From Nitrososphaerota archaeon (GTDB taxonomy: Archaea > Thermoproteota > EX4484-205 > JAAOZP01), in the NCBI GenBank assembly GCA_011605725.1, contig JAAOZP010000012.1:32001-96000 (forward strand): DNA of 64,000 nt. Reading direction: 5' to 3'. Position 1 is the first letter of the stretch, and every line of letters starts with the position of its first letter. Position numbers and translations under genes: made by a program. Of this stretch, positions 18,151 through 29,159 are shown one piece after another. The notes below the pieces were generated by a model. The model worked only from the letters and a program-made list of their open reading frames with translations, did no database searches and had not been told where the DNA came from.

Positions 18151-18798
18151 TTAACAGTATTTGTGCACCATCGTTAGAAAAGGGTTTGTTTTCTTCTCCC
18201 TCGCGACCGTTGAAGATGGACCATGACCAGGATATATCTTAGTCTCATCGGGGAGAACCATGAGTCTTCCACGGATGGAGTCCATGAGTTTCTCGAATGA
18301 GCCGCCAGGTAGGTCGGTCCTTCCAACTGAGCCTGCGAAAAGAGTATCCCCCGTGAAGACGGCAAGCTGGCCAAGTAGTGATATGCTTCCCATAGTGTGG
18401 CCTGGTGTATGAATGACCTTGAGACTAGTCTTCCCGAAAACTATCATGCTTCCATCGGTTAAAGTCGCATCCGGCGTAATGGGTTTAACTTGAACGCCGA
18501 ATACCGTCTCAACCACCCGTGTGTCCATCAGCATAGAAGCATCATCCTTATGAATTAAAACTAACGCGCCCACTTCCGTCTTTAACCATTCGTTTCCGGA
18601 AGTATGATCCGGATGCCAGTGCGTATTGACAATATACTTGATTTTTGCACTATGTTTCTCCGCTTCATTTATAACGGCTTCAGCCTCCTTCTCGTCGGCA
18701 AACCCAGGGTCTATTACAATCGCTTCCCTCATTTCTGGGCAAATTAGAAGATAACAGTTTGTCTGCAACCTTCCGACTACAATCCTCCTGATAATCAT
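18151..18798 (-). CDS. MBL-fold metallo-hydrolase (glyoxalase II-like)
   Basis: THWHPDH, HTPGHT, FTGDTLF, PGHG. Confidence 0.92.
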   Translation of the reverse strand: MIIRRIVVGRLQTNCYLLICPEMREAIVIDPGFADEKEAEAVINEAEKHSAKIKYIVNTHWHPDHTSGNEWLKTEVGALVLIHKDDASMLMDTRVVETVFGVQVKPITPDATLTDGSMIVFGKTSLKVIHTPGHTMGSISLLGQLAVFTGDTLFAGSVGRTDLPGGSFEKLMDSIRGRLMVLPDETKIYPGHGPSSTVAREKKTNPFLTMVHKYC

Positions 18799-18911
18799 CT
18801 CGAAATATAGAGAACACTTTGTTTAAAAACATTGTGAATAAGATTCGAAGGAGAAGGGGAGCCTAAAAGAGTATTTTAAGCAGGATCTTGTAAGCGAGCA
18901 ATTCCAGACTC

Positions 18912-19874
18912 TTAACAAAAGTTTTTAACTTCTTTTTTCCCGCCTGTCTTCATGAAACGCTTTATTTCTGAGAAATCCTCCGGAACGCTCATCGGACCCA
19001 TTCTAGTCACTTTAAGAGCACCAGCAGCATTAGCAAATTCAAGAAGCTCTCTCAACCTCCAATTCTTCAAGTAGCCGTATACAGCTGCTGCGTCGAAAAC
19101 GTCTCCAGCACCCGTTGGGTCAACCTCCGGGACAATAAAAGCAGGCTCGAAAACAGTCTCCTGCCTACTTAAACCTATTGAGCCTTTTTCACCAATTTTC
19201 ACTATTAAAAGTTTAACCCCATGCTTGAATATTTCTTCAGAAGCTTCCTCTAGACTTCTCTTTCCAGTTAGGTCGAACAGTTCAGCCTTAGAAGGCATCA
19301 CTATCTCTGCAACCTTCAAAACTTTTTCAGATATTTTACTAATCATGCGAGGCTCTATCAGCTCAGCTCTAAGGTTAGGGTCGTAAGTAACCATCATGCC
19401 AGCCCTACTAGCTATTTCAACAGCACGGTAGCAGGATTCCCTTACCTCCTCCCCAATGGAGAGTGTGGACCCCATGATGTGCAGAACCCTAAACATTTTA
19501 ACAAAATCCTCATCCACATCCTCCGGCTTTATTCTAGCGGCCGCGGAACGCTTCAGATTGAACACAAATCTTCTACTGCCGTCGGAAAAGTATGTTACGA
19601 AGGCTATTCCAGTAGTGTATTCTTCATCGGTATACACGTGTGTAATGTCGACATTATCGGCGGCCAGCCTTTTCTTTAAAAGGCTTCCGAAATCATCGTC
19701 ACCAACAGCACCAATTATGGCTGATTTCAAGCCGAGCCTAGAAGCAGCATCCACGAAGATCGCTGGCGCACCACTTGGAAATGGCCCGGCATACTCTCCA
19801 GTTTCGTAATGGGGAGTATCCCTCCCCTTCCTTATGAACTCAACAAGCATCTCGCCGATTGTTAGGACATCCAT
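18912..19874 (-). CDS. PfkB family carbohydrate kinase (likely start ATG 19874)
   Basis: PSGAPAIF, GAVGDDDFG, YDPNLR, DPTGAGDVF. Confidence 0.92.
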   Translation of the reverse strand: MDVLTIGEMLVEFIRKGRDTPHYETGEYAGPFPSGAPAIFVDAASRLGLKSAIIGAVGDDDFGSLLKKRLAADNVDITHVYTDEEYTTGIAFVTYFSDGSRRFVFNLKRSAAARIKPEDVDEDFVKMFRVLHIMGSTLSIGEEVRESCYRAVEIASRAGMMVTYDPNLRAELIEPRMISKISEKVLKVAEIVMPSKAELFDLTGKRSLEEASEEIFKHGVKLLIVKIGEKGSIGLSRQETVFEPAFIVPEVDPTGAGDVFDAAAVYGYLKNWRLRELLEFANAAGALKVTRMGPMSVPEDFSEIKRFMKTGGKKEVKNFC

Positions 19875-20004
19875 TTCAGAAATTTTGCTTAACGAGAACC
19901 TATAATATTTTTCTCGAGGGTACGAGTATGAGGAAAACCGGGTTTGACTCGAAAAACCAGTTGGCAAAGGCTTAAATGTCAGTATTCAGGTAGCAGTTTC
20001 AAAA

Positions 20005-21222
20005 ATGTCCAGCCCAATTAATGGTGAGAAGAGTACGGTTGAGAAGCGAATTTCATGGTGGCTTGAAGCAAGATTCGGCATGTTCATCCATTGGGGGCTC
20101 TACGCGATTCCAGCACGTGGAGAATGGGTCATGTATTGCGAGCGAATACCTAAGGACGAGTATGCCCTTCTAGCTCAAAAGTTCAACCCTAAAAAGTTTG
20201 ACGCGGACAAATGGGTTGCGCTCGCTAAACAGGCGGGGGCCAAATACATGGTTTTAACCACGAGGCACCACGACGGCTTCTGCCTATGGGACAGCAGTGT
20301 CTCCGACTTCACATCTGTCAAGACAGCCGCTAAAAGGGATTTTGTCGCAGAGTATGTGGAGGCATGTCGGAAAGCAGGTATGCGCATCGGCTTCTACTAC
20401 TCATTGCTAGACTGGCGTTGGCCAGCTTATTGGGATGGGCCTGAGAAGAACCCGGAGGGTTGGAAAGAGTTCCGGAACTATGTTCACGCCCAAGTCAGAG
20501 AGCTCATGACCAACTATGGGAAAATAGATATACTGTGGTACGACGGCGCTTGGCCTCATAGCCCAGAAGCATGGGGGTCTGAACAGCTTAATGCGATGGT
20601 TCGCAGCCTCCAACCGGAAATCATAATAAACAACAGGTCTGGATTACCGGAGGATTTCGACACTCCTGAACAACGCATAGAAAGATCCCTTAGGCCTTGG
20701 GAAGCATGCATGACTATAGATGATCTCTGGTGGGGCTATCATCCTGGCGACCCAAATCTGAAATCTCCAATGCAGCTTGTGAGAAGTCTGGTTAAATGCG
20801 TCTCGGGAAACGGGAATTTTCTGCTGAACGTTGGACCTAAAGCAGACGGCACCATTCCACCAGAGCAAGCAGCCAGAATGAGAGCTATTGGAAGATGGTT
20901 GCGGCGAAACGGCGAGTCAATATATGGCGCTGGGGCCGCTCCATTCCAACAGCCTCATTTGGGTCAAGTCACTATGAAAGGCAGTAAAGTGTATGTGCAC
21001 GTTATGTTCTGGCCTGGAAGAGAAATGTGCGTAGCCGGGATTAAAAACAGGGTTTTAAAAACATACATGTTGGCAAGTGGGAAAAAACTCCTTTTCGAGC
21101 AAAAGGAAGACCGTCTTTTCATACGTGGACTACCCTTACGCGCACCAGACCCTATAGACACCGTTGTCGTCTTAGAAATAGAAGGAGAGCCTGAGGTCGC
21201 CCCGCCATCATTCTGGAAGTGA
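20005..21222 (+). CDS. Alpha-L-fucosidase, GH29
   Basis: RFGMFIHWG, TTRHHDGF, YYSLLDW, LWYDG, WEACMT, LLNVGP. Confidence 0.95.
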   Translation: MSSPINGEKSTVEKRISWWLEARFGMFIHWGLYAIPARGEWVMYCERIPKDEYALLAQKFNPKKFDADKWVALAKQAGAKYMVLTTRHHDGFCLWDSSVSDFTSVKTAAKRDFVAEYVEACRKAGMRIGFYYSLLDWRWPAYWDGPEKNPEGWKEFRNYVHAQVRELMTNYGKIDILWYDGAWPHSPEAWGSEQLNAMVRSLQPEIIINNRSGLPEDFDTPEQRIERSLRPWEACMTIDDLWWGYHPGDPNLKSPMQLVRSLVKCVSGNGNFLLNVGPKADGTIPPEQAARMRAIGRWLRRNGESIYGAGAAPFQQPHLGQVTMKGSKVYVHVMFWPGREMCVAGIKNRVLKTYMLASGKKLLFEQKEDRLFIRGLPLRAPDPIDTVVVLEIEGEPEVAPPSFWK

Positions 21223-21239
21223 AGAGAAACACTTATGAT

Positions 21240-21992
21240 TCAGAAAACTATTCCAAGCCTTTTCCTCTCACCAACGACGTGTTCAGCCACATCCATCACT
21301 GGGGCAACCCATATCTCGTCACGACGTTCATACAGGAATCTTAAAAACCCCGATAGGTCTTCATAAGCAACGGGTAGATGACCCTCATCAATACCGTGAA
21401 AAGTGAATATTGCCCACCTGCCCTCGTGAACAGTCTTAACGGTTAAGCCTATCATTTCTTCGCATCTCATCCGGTCAGCCGGCCATGACCATAGCTCATG
21501 CAGGTCGCAGGCAAGCGGTGAATTAGAATAACCCCTCTCTCCGTAAGCCCTAGCTGCTAGGAAGATTTCAGCTACAATCGGCACGTAGCTCCTCTTGTTC
21601 AAGCCCCTGCCGACGCTTGTTTGATAACAAGGGTAAGCGAAAGTTCGGCTACCGTTAGGTATTAGGCTTCTTATTCTTTCATGAGCCTTAACAATGTCTA
21701 GGCGAATATCCTCTAGAGTCATGTTCTCCAATCCTCTGCAGCCAGGATCACCTGGAAAATTGCATGAACAGGGATGCGTAACACTGTGGTTACCTATTTC
21801 ATGGCCACGGTCAGCAACATCCCTCCATGCTTTCAAAGCATTCTCATAACCGTCTCCAGGATTTATGTAGAATGTTGCCTTAAAACCGAATCGCTCGAGC
21901 AGGGGTACGCCCAAACGCAATTGCGAAGGCAAACCGTCGTCGAAAGTCAGTGAGACAGCTCCTTTAAACCTGCTCGGCCAATTAAACCTCAT
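21240..21992 (-). CDS. Polysaccharide deacetylase (NodB/CE4)
   Basis: SLTFDDG, HEIGNHSVTH, FAYP, FTFH. Confidence 0.9.
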   Translation of the reverse strand: MRFNWPSRFKGAVSLTFDDGLPSQLRLGVPLLERFGFKATFYINPGDGYENALKAWRDVADRGHEIGNHSVTHPCSCNFPGDPGCRGLENMTLEDIRLDIVKAHERIRSLIPNGSRTFAYPCYQTSVGRGLNKRSYVPIVAEIFLAARAYGERGYSNSPLACDLHELWSWPADRMRCEEMIGLTVKTVHEGRWAIFTFHGIDEGHLPVAYEDLSGFLRFLYERRDEIWVAPVMDVAEHVVGERKRLGIVF

Positions 21993-22295
21993 AACACGGC
22001 ATTTTCAAGCAATGCTTTAAAAACTTAACCAGGACCTTTTTCAAACGATTTTTACAACGCCTTGCTACTCGTTGAAAGGAAGATTCTGGAAACGTGCAAG
22101 TCTCCCCCTTAAATCTTTTTCCAAGCATAACTGAAACCATTACGAGGCGCAGGGGAGGCTGACATTTAAGCCCAGTAGAAAAATGTTTTTGAAGCGTTTT
22201 TAATAGTCTCAGGACACCGGCTTGTCAAGGGCATTTGGAAACACGCTTTTTCAACAAAATTTATAACAAGGTTTTTCCCACCTACTCTCAGAAGT

Positions 22296-25200
22296 ATGAA
22301 ATACTGGAGAAACAGTAGAACGATTTTTACTATTCTAGTATTAGCATTAACCCTCCTAACGCTGCCTCTCGAAACCAGTCTTACGAATTGGCATAATATA
22401 GATGGGAAAAAGGCGTTCTCCCAAAGAAGCATGGTAATCGGTGCCGTAGCCTCACCAGTGGTCTCAATGCGCGTAAAAGTTCTGAACGCTTTAACTGGTG
22501 AAGCAATTCCAAACGCTACTTTAATAATTCTGGATTTAAAGAATCCTAGAAGGCCGGAAATAGGTCAAAGCATTTTCTTCACCAACGCGGATGGAGAGTA
22601 TGATGTTCCAGAGGAAATTGTAAAACCTGGAAGAACCTACTGGGTTTACGCTTACAAGGGGGATCTTAAGGAGAAGAGGATGGATTTCGTACCGGTTAAA
22701 AAAGAGGTTCGAGTCGGGGAAACCGGCAGTATTGAAGTGACTCTTTCACTGGTTCCAGGCGCACTAGTAGAATTGGAGAGCGTTCCATATATTGTTCAAG
22801 CATCAAGCCTTCAAGAGGGCAACATGATAATAAGAGTCATAGTGAAACAGAAGGGTTTCAATTTCTCGCTAATCACTGACTACGGGGACGCGATAGACGT
22901 TTTCTACCTGGGGCTGGACAGGAAAATGATCCCGGTTCCGTCTGGAACACCTTTCGAGCTTGAGGTCAGCGTCTCGCTTGTATTGCGGGAACGTGAACGA
23001 GTATCGGAAATTTTCTACATTATGAACGGGACGCAACCCTTCATCATGCCGCAGAGAGGTTACGCAACTGTTAAAATTTCAGAGTACAGTCTAAGAAGGG
23101 GTTTGGAATATGTGAAATCAGCTCTAGTAGGAGTTTCTTCAAAGGTTGACGAGGCGCAGGAAATCGGCTTCACGGTTTTCGAGGAGAGGCGTGTACTGGG
23201 GCATGCAAACCAGAAACTAGTGGAGGCCAGCACTCTACTGTCAAACGCGAAAACAGATGAAGACTTCGAAAAAACCTGGTTTACACTCCGGGAAATACTT
23301 GGAGAAATAAATTTCGTAGCCACGATGATAGAAAGCAAGTATCTGGTTGGAAAGACTAATGCGGTTTACCTCTCCGCAGTAATCGTGATATTCAGCACTG
23401 TTCTCGCATTCTTCTTCTTTGAGAAAACCATGTTAAAAATTGTTTCATTAGCCGTCATCTACGTAGTGTTATTGGGAGCAATGTATTTTATAAACCCAGG
23501 TACTCACGTTGTAATCGATGAAAACCTTCCCCTCTTCTCTTGGACGGCAGCAGTATCCTTCATCATAACCTCCACAATTGTCTTCGGCATTCCACGCATC
23601 TGGAAGGAGAGAAATATTGAGGGAGAGGTTCAATGGAGAAGCGCCATTTCAGTAATATTCTCAATGAGTAAGCGTCAGATAAAACGCAAAAAAATACGTG
23701 GCTTCTTCACAATATTTTCAATATGCATGCTTATTTTAGCGTTCACCGCTCTAACCACCTTTGGAACAGCCTTCGGAATAATTTCTAGAAGGTTGGAGGG
23801 AACTCCGTCTTCAGACGGTTTCCTCATAAAGCGCATGGTTAACGGCTCGTCGCTGATCTTCTCCCCCTTGGGGGCAGGGGATGCTCAAGTCCTCATGAAG
23901 ATAGTGCCCGCGATTGATGTGGCTCCAAGGATGAAAAGCGTTCCGCGGTATGAGCCGGTTGCTAGACTCATAAACCCGGCCACTGGCAACAGTCATCCTA
24001 TTTACGGTGTGCTCGCCATATCGCCAGGAAACGAAGCCCTCTACACAATGCTCGACGAGATGGTTGAGGGTAGTTATTTAAGCGATGAGGCGTATGGTGA
24101 AGCAATCGTAGGATTTGGAACACTAAACAGACTAGGTTTAAAAGTAGGCAGCAATGTCACGCTAGAAATACCGGGTACTACGATAACGGAAACCATGGTA
24201 ATCAAGGGCTTTATCAGGGACGAAGAGTATGAGAGGCTAACGGATGTTGACGGCAGCCCTCTCGGCCCCGCACGTCTCCTTCAAGACGGTTCGGCGAGAA
24301 GATGCAACAGTTCAGAGATAATAGTGATTAACCTTGAGACTGCGAAGAGAATTCAGGAGAAGATCAACAGTCTTTATGGTGCGAACGCCCCTCAGCTCGT
24401 CGTTCCCTCCGAGATACTTTTCAGGCTGAGAGACTCGGAAGACGTGGGGGCAATTGTCAGAAGCATTATTTTCTTCTTTAACTACGATGTCTTTGTCTCA
24501 TCTAAAGGCGTAGCGAACTACTACTATATTGGTTCGTATATAGAGTTCGGCGGGGCTGCGGAGCTGCTGATTCCACTAGTGATGGTTGTATTAAGCATAG
24601 GCATGGTTATGGTCAACAGTGTCTACGAGCGTGAGAGAGAAATAAAGACTCTTTCAACACTCGGGTTAAACCCGACCCACATAGGATTAATGTTTGTTGC
24701 TGAAGCAATAATAATGGGAATGGTTGGAGGAAGCATAGGATACTTGACCGGGTTAGGCTTTTATAGAACCATGGTTTTCATAGGACAGAACCTTTTAGAA
24801 AACCTCATGGTCAGAGAGAAACTGGAGTGGTGGTGGAGCGCACTGGGATTTGTTTTCGCAATAGCCGTCTCAGTATTCTCGGCTGCAAGACCTGCAGCCC
24901 TAGCTATCCGCACTTACACACCGTCGATGGTGAAGAAGGTCAGGAGAACGGAGGAACAACGGAAGGAGCGGAAGGAGAAAATATTCAGGGTTTTCCAGGC
25001 GAGAAGCGTCAGTATGCCTGTGAAAATACTGGTTAACGAGAAAGAGTTCTTCACAGGCTTCCTGATTGACCACTTAAACCAGTTGAGGACGGGTTATAAG
25101 GAGAGAATCGAAAACGTTGAGGATGTTCCGGAAGAAGCGGATTCTAAAGGCATGCTTACGAAAACCGTAAGATTCAACTATTATGTGGGACCGGTTGGGA

Positions 25201-25391
25201 CCAAGAACGGGACGAAGAATAGCCTGGTTTTAACCAAGACCCCAGCTGAGGAATACTACAGGGTTACACTTGTTACAGAGCCAACATCGCCAGGGATTCC
25301 GGAGAGCACAATAGATAGAACGGTTGAATACGTCCATTGGATTCTAATGCTATGGGTTAAGGAAAAGAAGAGAATAATGGGTTCGGCTTAA
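22296..25391 (+). CDS. Large FtsX-like permease-domain membrane protein with extracellular domains
   Basis: Signal peptide, beta-rich ectodomain, TM cluster, and SVYEREREIKTLSTLGLNP-MFVAEA FtsX motif. Confidence 0.8.
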   Translation: MKYWRNSRTIFTILVLALTLLTLPLETSLTNWHNIDGKKAFSQRSMVIGAVASPVVSMRVKVLNALTGEAIPNATLIILDLKNPRRPEIGQSIFFTNADGEYDVPEEIVKPGRTYWVYAYKGDLKEKRMDFVPVKKEVRVGETGSIEVTLSLVPGALVELESVPYIVQASSLQEGNMIIRVIVKQKGFNFSLITDYGDAIDVFYLGLDRKMIPVPSGTPFELEVSVSLVLRERERVSEIFYIMNGTQPFIMPQRGYATVKISEYSLRRGLEYVKSALVGVSSKVDEAQEIGFTVFEERRVLGHANQKLVEASTLLSNAKTDEDFEKTWFTLREILGEINFVATMIESKYLVGKTNAVYLSAVIVIFSTVLAFFFFEKTMLKIVSLAVIYVVLLGAMYFINPGTHVVIDENLPLFSWTAAVSFIITSTIVFGIPRIWKERNIEGEVQWRSAISVIFSMSKRQIKRKKIRGFFTIFSICMLILAFTALTTFGTAFGIISRRLEGTPSSDGFLIKRMVNGSSLIFSPLGAGDAQVLMKIVPAIDVAPRMKSVPRYEPVARLINPATGNSHPIYGVLAISPGNEALYTMLDEMVEGSYLSDEAYGEAIVGFGTLNRLGLKVGSNVTLEIPGTTITETMVIKGFIRDEEYERLTDVDGSPLGPARLLQDGSARRCNSSEIIVINLETAKRIQEKINSLYGANAPQLVVPSEILFRLRDSEDVGAIVRSIIFFFNYDVFVSSKGVANYYYIGSYIEFGGAAELLIPLVMVVLSIGMVMVNSVYEREREIKTLSTLGLNPTHIGLMFVAEAIIMGMVGGSIGYLTGLGFYRTMVFIGQNLLENLMVREKLEWWWSALGFVFAIAVSVFSAARPAALAIRTYTPSMVKKVRRTEEQRKERKEKIFRVFQARSVSMPVKILVNEKEFFTGFLIDHLNQLRTGYKERIENVEDVPEEADSKGMLTKTVRFNYYVGPVGTKNGTKNSLVLTKTPAEEYYRVTLVTEPTSPGIPESTIDRTVEYVHWILMLWVKEKKRIMGSA

Positions 25392-25540
25392 CACAAACAG
25401 CATAAAGTCGATTTTTAAAACCGCTATGTCAAAATCCTCGAAAGGTAGCTGAAGGCTTCATGAATCATCATAGTCGTTAACCATAAGCTTCAAAACGTGG
25501 GTAAAGAAAGTATAAATTTAAGCTTAGCACGGAAAAGCTT

Positions 25541-27064
25541 GTGAGCAAAGCTCCATACATCGTTGGAGTTGACCTTGGCACCTCATCCTGTAAGACTGTC
25601 GTTTTCACTCTGGACGGCAGGAGGGTTGCTTCCGCTTCCAGAGAATACCCGATTATTCAGCCTGAGCCAAGGTGGGCGGAGCAGAACCCTCTAGAATGGT
25701 GGAGAGCAGCTGTCGAAACCATATTGGAAAGCCTTAAGAAAGGAGGTATAAAAAGTGAAGAGATAGTTGGCCTGGCTGTTGACTCTCAGAGAGAAGTTGT
25801 AGTGCCGATTGGGGACGATGAGGAAGTACTGTACAATGGCATAATATGGCTCGACGGAAGGACTGGTCCCCAGACGGAAAGGATGAGGAGAATTCTTGAC
25901 CAACAGGAAGTTCTTCGTGTAACAGGCGTGGGGATAAACCCTGTTTTCTCAGCATCCAAGATTCTATGGCTTAAGGAAAACCATCCCAGCGTCTTTTCTA
26001 AGACTAAAGTCTTCCTCTCAGCGAAGGATTTCATAATCTACAAGCTAACCGGGGAGAAAGTCATTGATTACTCCATGGCCTCCAGAACAATGCTTTTCGA
26101 CATTAGGAGGAAAAAATGGTCAGACGAAATATGCTCAGTCCTCGGCATACCTTTAGATAAGCTCCCCATCCCTTTGGAATCCAGCATTGTCGTTGGAGAA
26201 GTATCTTCTAAGGCTTCAGATGAAACATCTCTCCCGCGAGGCCTACCGGTTGTGAATGGTGGAGGAGACAGACCTTGTGAATGTCTTGGTGCAGGAACTA
26301 TTCGAGAAAGGGATGTAAACGTAGGTACTGGGACTGGGTCTGCCTTCGAAGCACCCTTAAGCGAGCCACGTCCTGATTTGAAGGGGAGGATTAACTGTTG
26401 CTGTCACGTGATGCCTGATATGTGGGAGTATGAGGCGGCAATCTCAACGACAGGTGGCGCTCTACGCTGGTTTAAGGATGTTTTCGGAGAGAAGGAGAGG
26501 GCTGAGGCTGAGAGAACCGGTAGGGACCCGTATGATCTGCTGCTTAAAACTGCTTCTGAAACAAGCCCCGGTGCAGACGGCTTAATGTTCTACCCCTATT
26601 TAGCAGGTGCTTTCCCGCCGAGGGTTGACGGTAGAGCTCGCGGCGTATTCTTCGGCATCAGCCTCTTCCACTCAAAAGGGCATTTCGTTAGAGCCATGTT
26701 AGAGGGAGTTGCCTACCATTACATCTTTATGCTCAAGCTTCTAGAGGAGCTCGGCCTTCATATAGTTGAGATAAGCATGGTCGGTGGAGAGACGAGGAGC
26801 GATTTCTGGAACCAGCTTAAGGCAGACGTAACCGGTAGGAGAATAAGGATTCCTGAGGTTGAGGATGCGGCTGCTATGGGAGCAGCCCTGCTTGCAGGAA
26901 TCGGCACAGGTCAGTATGGGAGTGTGAAAAAGGCTGTTGAATCAGCAGTGAAAACAAGAAAAATATACGTACCTAATGCTGAGAATCATTACACCTATTT
27001 AAAGCTGTACAAGAAGTACGAAGCGATATACGCTTACATCTCAAAAGGGTTTGAATTCTACTGA
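25541..27064 (+). CDS. FGGY family sugar kinase (xylulokinase-like)
   Basis: GVDLGTSS, AEQNP, IWLDGR, ASRTMLFD, GGGD, RAMLEGV. Confidence 0.92.
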   Translation: MSKAPYIVGVDLGTSSCKTVVFTLDGRRVASASREYPIIQPEPRWAEQNPLEWWRAAVETILESLKKGGIKSEEIVGLAVDSQREVVVPIGDDEEVLYNGIIWLDGRTGPQTERMRRILDQQEVLRVTGVGINPVFSASKILWLKENHPSVFSKTKVFLSAKDFIIYKLTGEKVIDYSMASRTMLFDIRRKKWSDEICSVLGIPLDKLPIPLESSIVVGEVSSKASDETSLPRGLPVVNGGGDRPCECLGAGTIRERDVNVGTGTGSAFEAPLSEPRPDLKGRINCCCHVMPDMWEYEAAISTTGGALRWFKDVFGEKERAEAERTGRDPYDLLLKTASETSPGADGLMFYPYLAGAFPPRVDGRARGVFFGISLFHSKGHFVRAMLEGVAYHYIFMLKLLEELGLHIVEISMVGGETRSDFWNQLKADVTGRRIRIPEVEDAAAMGAALLAGIGTGQYGSVKKAVESAVKTRKIYVPNAENHYTYLKLYKKYEAIYAYISKGFEFY

Positions 27065-27087
27065 TAACGAGCTTCTATAAAGATACT

Positions 27088-28275
27088 CTATGATGATTGA
27101 AAATAGTTTGCGAGATCAACCCAAGCTCCTGAAGAATCTAGACAGACATCGGCAAAAACAAGGATTCCTGAAGCTCCTCCCCTCATCGCCCCCTTTACTG
27201 ACTCGACCCACTCCCAGCCAGGCATGTTTCCAGTTCTTGATAACGATCCGCCGACGCAAGGCACGACCAGAATTTCACCATTATTCTTCTCAACCTGCTC
27301 AACTATCATCCTAGTAGTGTCCTCAACCCATTTAACAGGCATTTCGTGATCCCTATGATAAAGCATGGGGCAAACAACGTCGACAAGACCCTGTCTCACC
27401 CACTCGCCCCAGTCGACACCCATGGTCTGCCTGTTCCAATTCAAATCGTAAGAAACGTCAGCTGATAGAGTTATCTCCGGGTTAATCTGTTTGACAGCAT
27501 CCCTGATTTCCCTCAAGAAACCCGTTACGATCTGCACCCTCCAACTTATCCACTCGCTCCTCAAGCTTCCCCCGGCCAGCACGTCTTCAGGCCAGTTCTG
27601 TACCTTTCTGCCGATAAATGATTCAAAAGACTTTTTCGCGCTCTCGCTGAAGTCAGCCTCAATGCCCGGTGGGAAACCGAAATCATCCTCTATGTTTATA
27701 CCGTCAACACCATACTCCTGCACTAGTTCGATAATGTAGGACTTTATATAGTTCCTAGCGCCCTCGCTAGCCGGAGACAAGTAGTACCAGCCGTATGGGT
27801 TAAACGGGCCGTGTGAAAGCTGGTCCTCACCCTTCTCGTTAACTATTCCCCAGTCAGGATGTTGAAGAAGCACCGACCTGCTTGTTCTGAAGCCCAGAAC
27901 CCACGCCCAGACCCTCAGGCCGTTCCTATGGCTTTCTTCAACAACTATTTTCAAAGGATCTTCATCGCTTTCAAAATTATTAAGGTAATCCATGTCAACC
28001 GGAACGATTTTACTCCTGTAGTCAGCCAACCCTCCAGCATGGATTACAAAGGGAAGCACAATATTGAACCCGCTATTCTTGATTTTGCTTATGTAGAATG
28101 TGAGGTTTCTCGCAACAGACCTGTTGGGAAACTCGTACATGTATAGGAATACTCCTCTCACCTCCGGTTTAGGAGGCTCTTCAACCCTCATCATCCTGTT
28201 TAAGAAGAAATATGAAGCAGTCATCAGAAGCACTGTCAGAATTGGAAAAACAAGCATTATGCTTCTCTTAAACAT
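27088..28275 (-). CDS. Membrane-anchored GHL10 (DUF187/YddW-DigH-like) glycoside hydrolase
   Basis: N-terminal TM, EVRGVF, DPL...HRNGLRVWAW, YGVDGINIED, DWGEWVRQGLVDVVCPMLY. Confidence 0.85.
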   Translation of the reverse strand: MFKRSIMLVFPILTVLLMTASYFFLNRMMRVEEPPKPEVRGVFLYMYEFPNRSVARNLTFYISKIKNSGFNIVLPFVIHAGGLADYRSKIVPVDMDYLNNFESDEDPLKIVVEESHRNGLRVWAWVLGFRTSRSVLLQHPDWGIVNEKGEDQLSHGPFNPYGWYYLSPASEGARNYIKSYIIELVQEYGVDGINIEDDFGFPPGIEADFSESAKKSFESFIGRKVQNWPEDVLAGGSLRSEWISWRVQIVTGFLREIRDAVKQINPEITLSADVSYDLNWNRQTMGVDWGEWVRQGLVDVVCPMLYHRDHEMPVKWVEDTTRMIVEQVEKNNGEILVVPCVGGSLSRTGNMPGWEWVESVKGAMRGGASGILVFADVCLDSSGAWVDLANYFQSS

Positions 28276-28436
28276 GCAATCTTAAGGGAGGAGACGTTTA
28301 AAAGCTTAATCGATAAATCAACGTGGAAAAGAAAAACCCATATAGCCTGATGATAACGACTGCGGCCAACCCTGTGAAACGCATGCCGATTCTCTAGAAG
28401 AATGAATCTAAATCCTTAGTGTAAGCTTCCGTTGAA

Positions 28437-29105
28437 CTAGCCGGTGGACTGCTCCTCGTAATATTGTTTCACAAGCTCCATAAAGTGCTTCCAATCCCAG
28501 TTCACTCCAGGGTCATAGTGATGACTCTTGCCGCCGCCGACGCTGGGGTCAGAAGGATCTGGAACCTGGTTGTGACCTATTACCCCACTTCCCTGAGTAG
28601 GGTCTGCGGGGGCAAGGCCCTCAGGGTGTTGAAGCGAAACATTATACTTCTTAAGCAAGTAGGCCACCAGCTTAGCGGAAGCCTTATACTCCTCCTCCGT
28701 AAAAATCTTCCGGTCAGCGTAGCCAGCGTGCTCGATACCAATAGAATGCTCGTTGTAAGCCCAGTTGCCAGCGTGCCAAGCAATATCCTTCTCCTTAACC
28801 ATCTGGTAAACCATGCCATCGTAACCAACAATGTAATGCGAAGAAGCCTTAGCCCGAGGATCTTTAAACCAGTTTAATGCAGCCTGCGCATCACCCTCTA
28901 CAACATGAATAATGATCCACCTCACTTTCAACCCGTTAGCCTCCCTATTGCTCTCGGAAAAATTGGACTGGAGAGCTGGCTCCCAGGCGGCTTCAGGATA
29001 ATCTGTAGCCTCAGGTTTCGAGCCCAGCTTGAAAAGGAAAACAACCATGAGAAGTGGAAGAACTAGCGTAAGCAAGAGGAGGGGACGGTTCCTCATTTGA
29101 AGCAA
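28437..29105 (-). CDS. Membrane-anchored N-acetylmuramoyl-L-alanine amidase (Amidase_2, AmpD-like)
   Basis: N-terminal TM; IIIH, ASSHY, AWHAGN, SIGIEH, GH and DPG provide the His/His/Asp Zn ligands and the catalytic Glu. Confidence 0.92.
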   Translation of the reverse strand: MLQMRNRPLLLLTLVLPLLMVVFLFKLGSKPEATDYPEAAWEPALQSNFSESNREANGLKVRWIIIHVVEGDAQAALNWFKDPRAKASSHYIVGYDGMVYQMVKEKDIAWHAGNWAYNEHSIGIEHAGYADRKIFTEEEYKASAKLVAYLLKKYNVSLQHPEGLAPADPTQGSGVIGHNQVPDPSDPSVGGGKSHHYDPGVNWDWKHFMELVKQYYEEQSTG

Positions 29106-29159
29106 GATTCTTCACGCCGTATTTAAGAATTCCGTTTTAAAGCGCAATTTTAAATAGTA

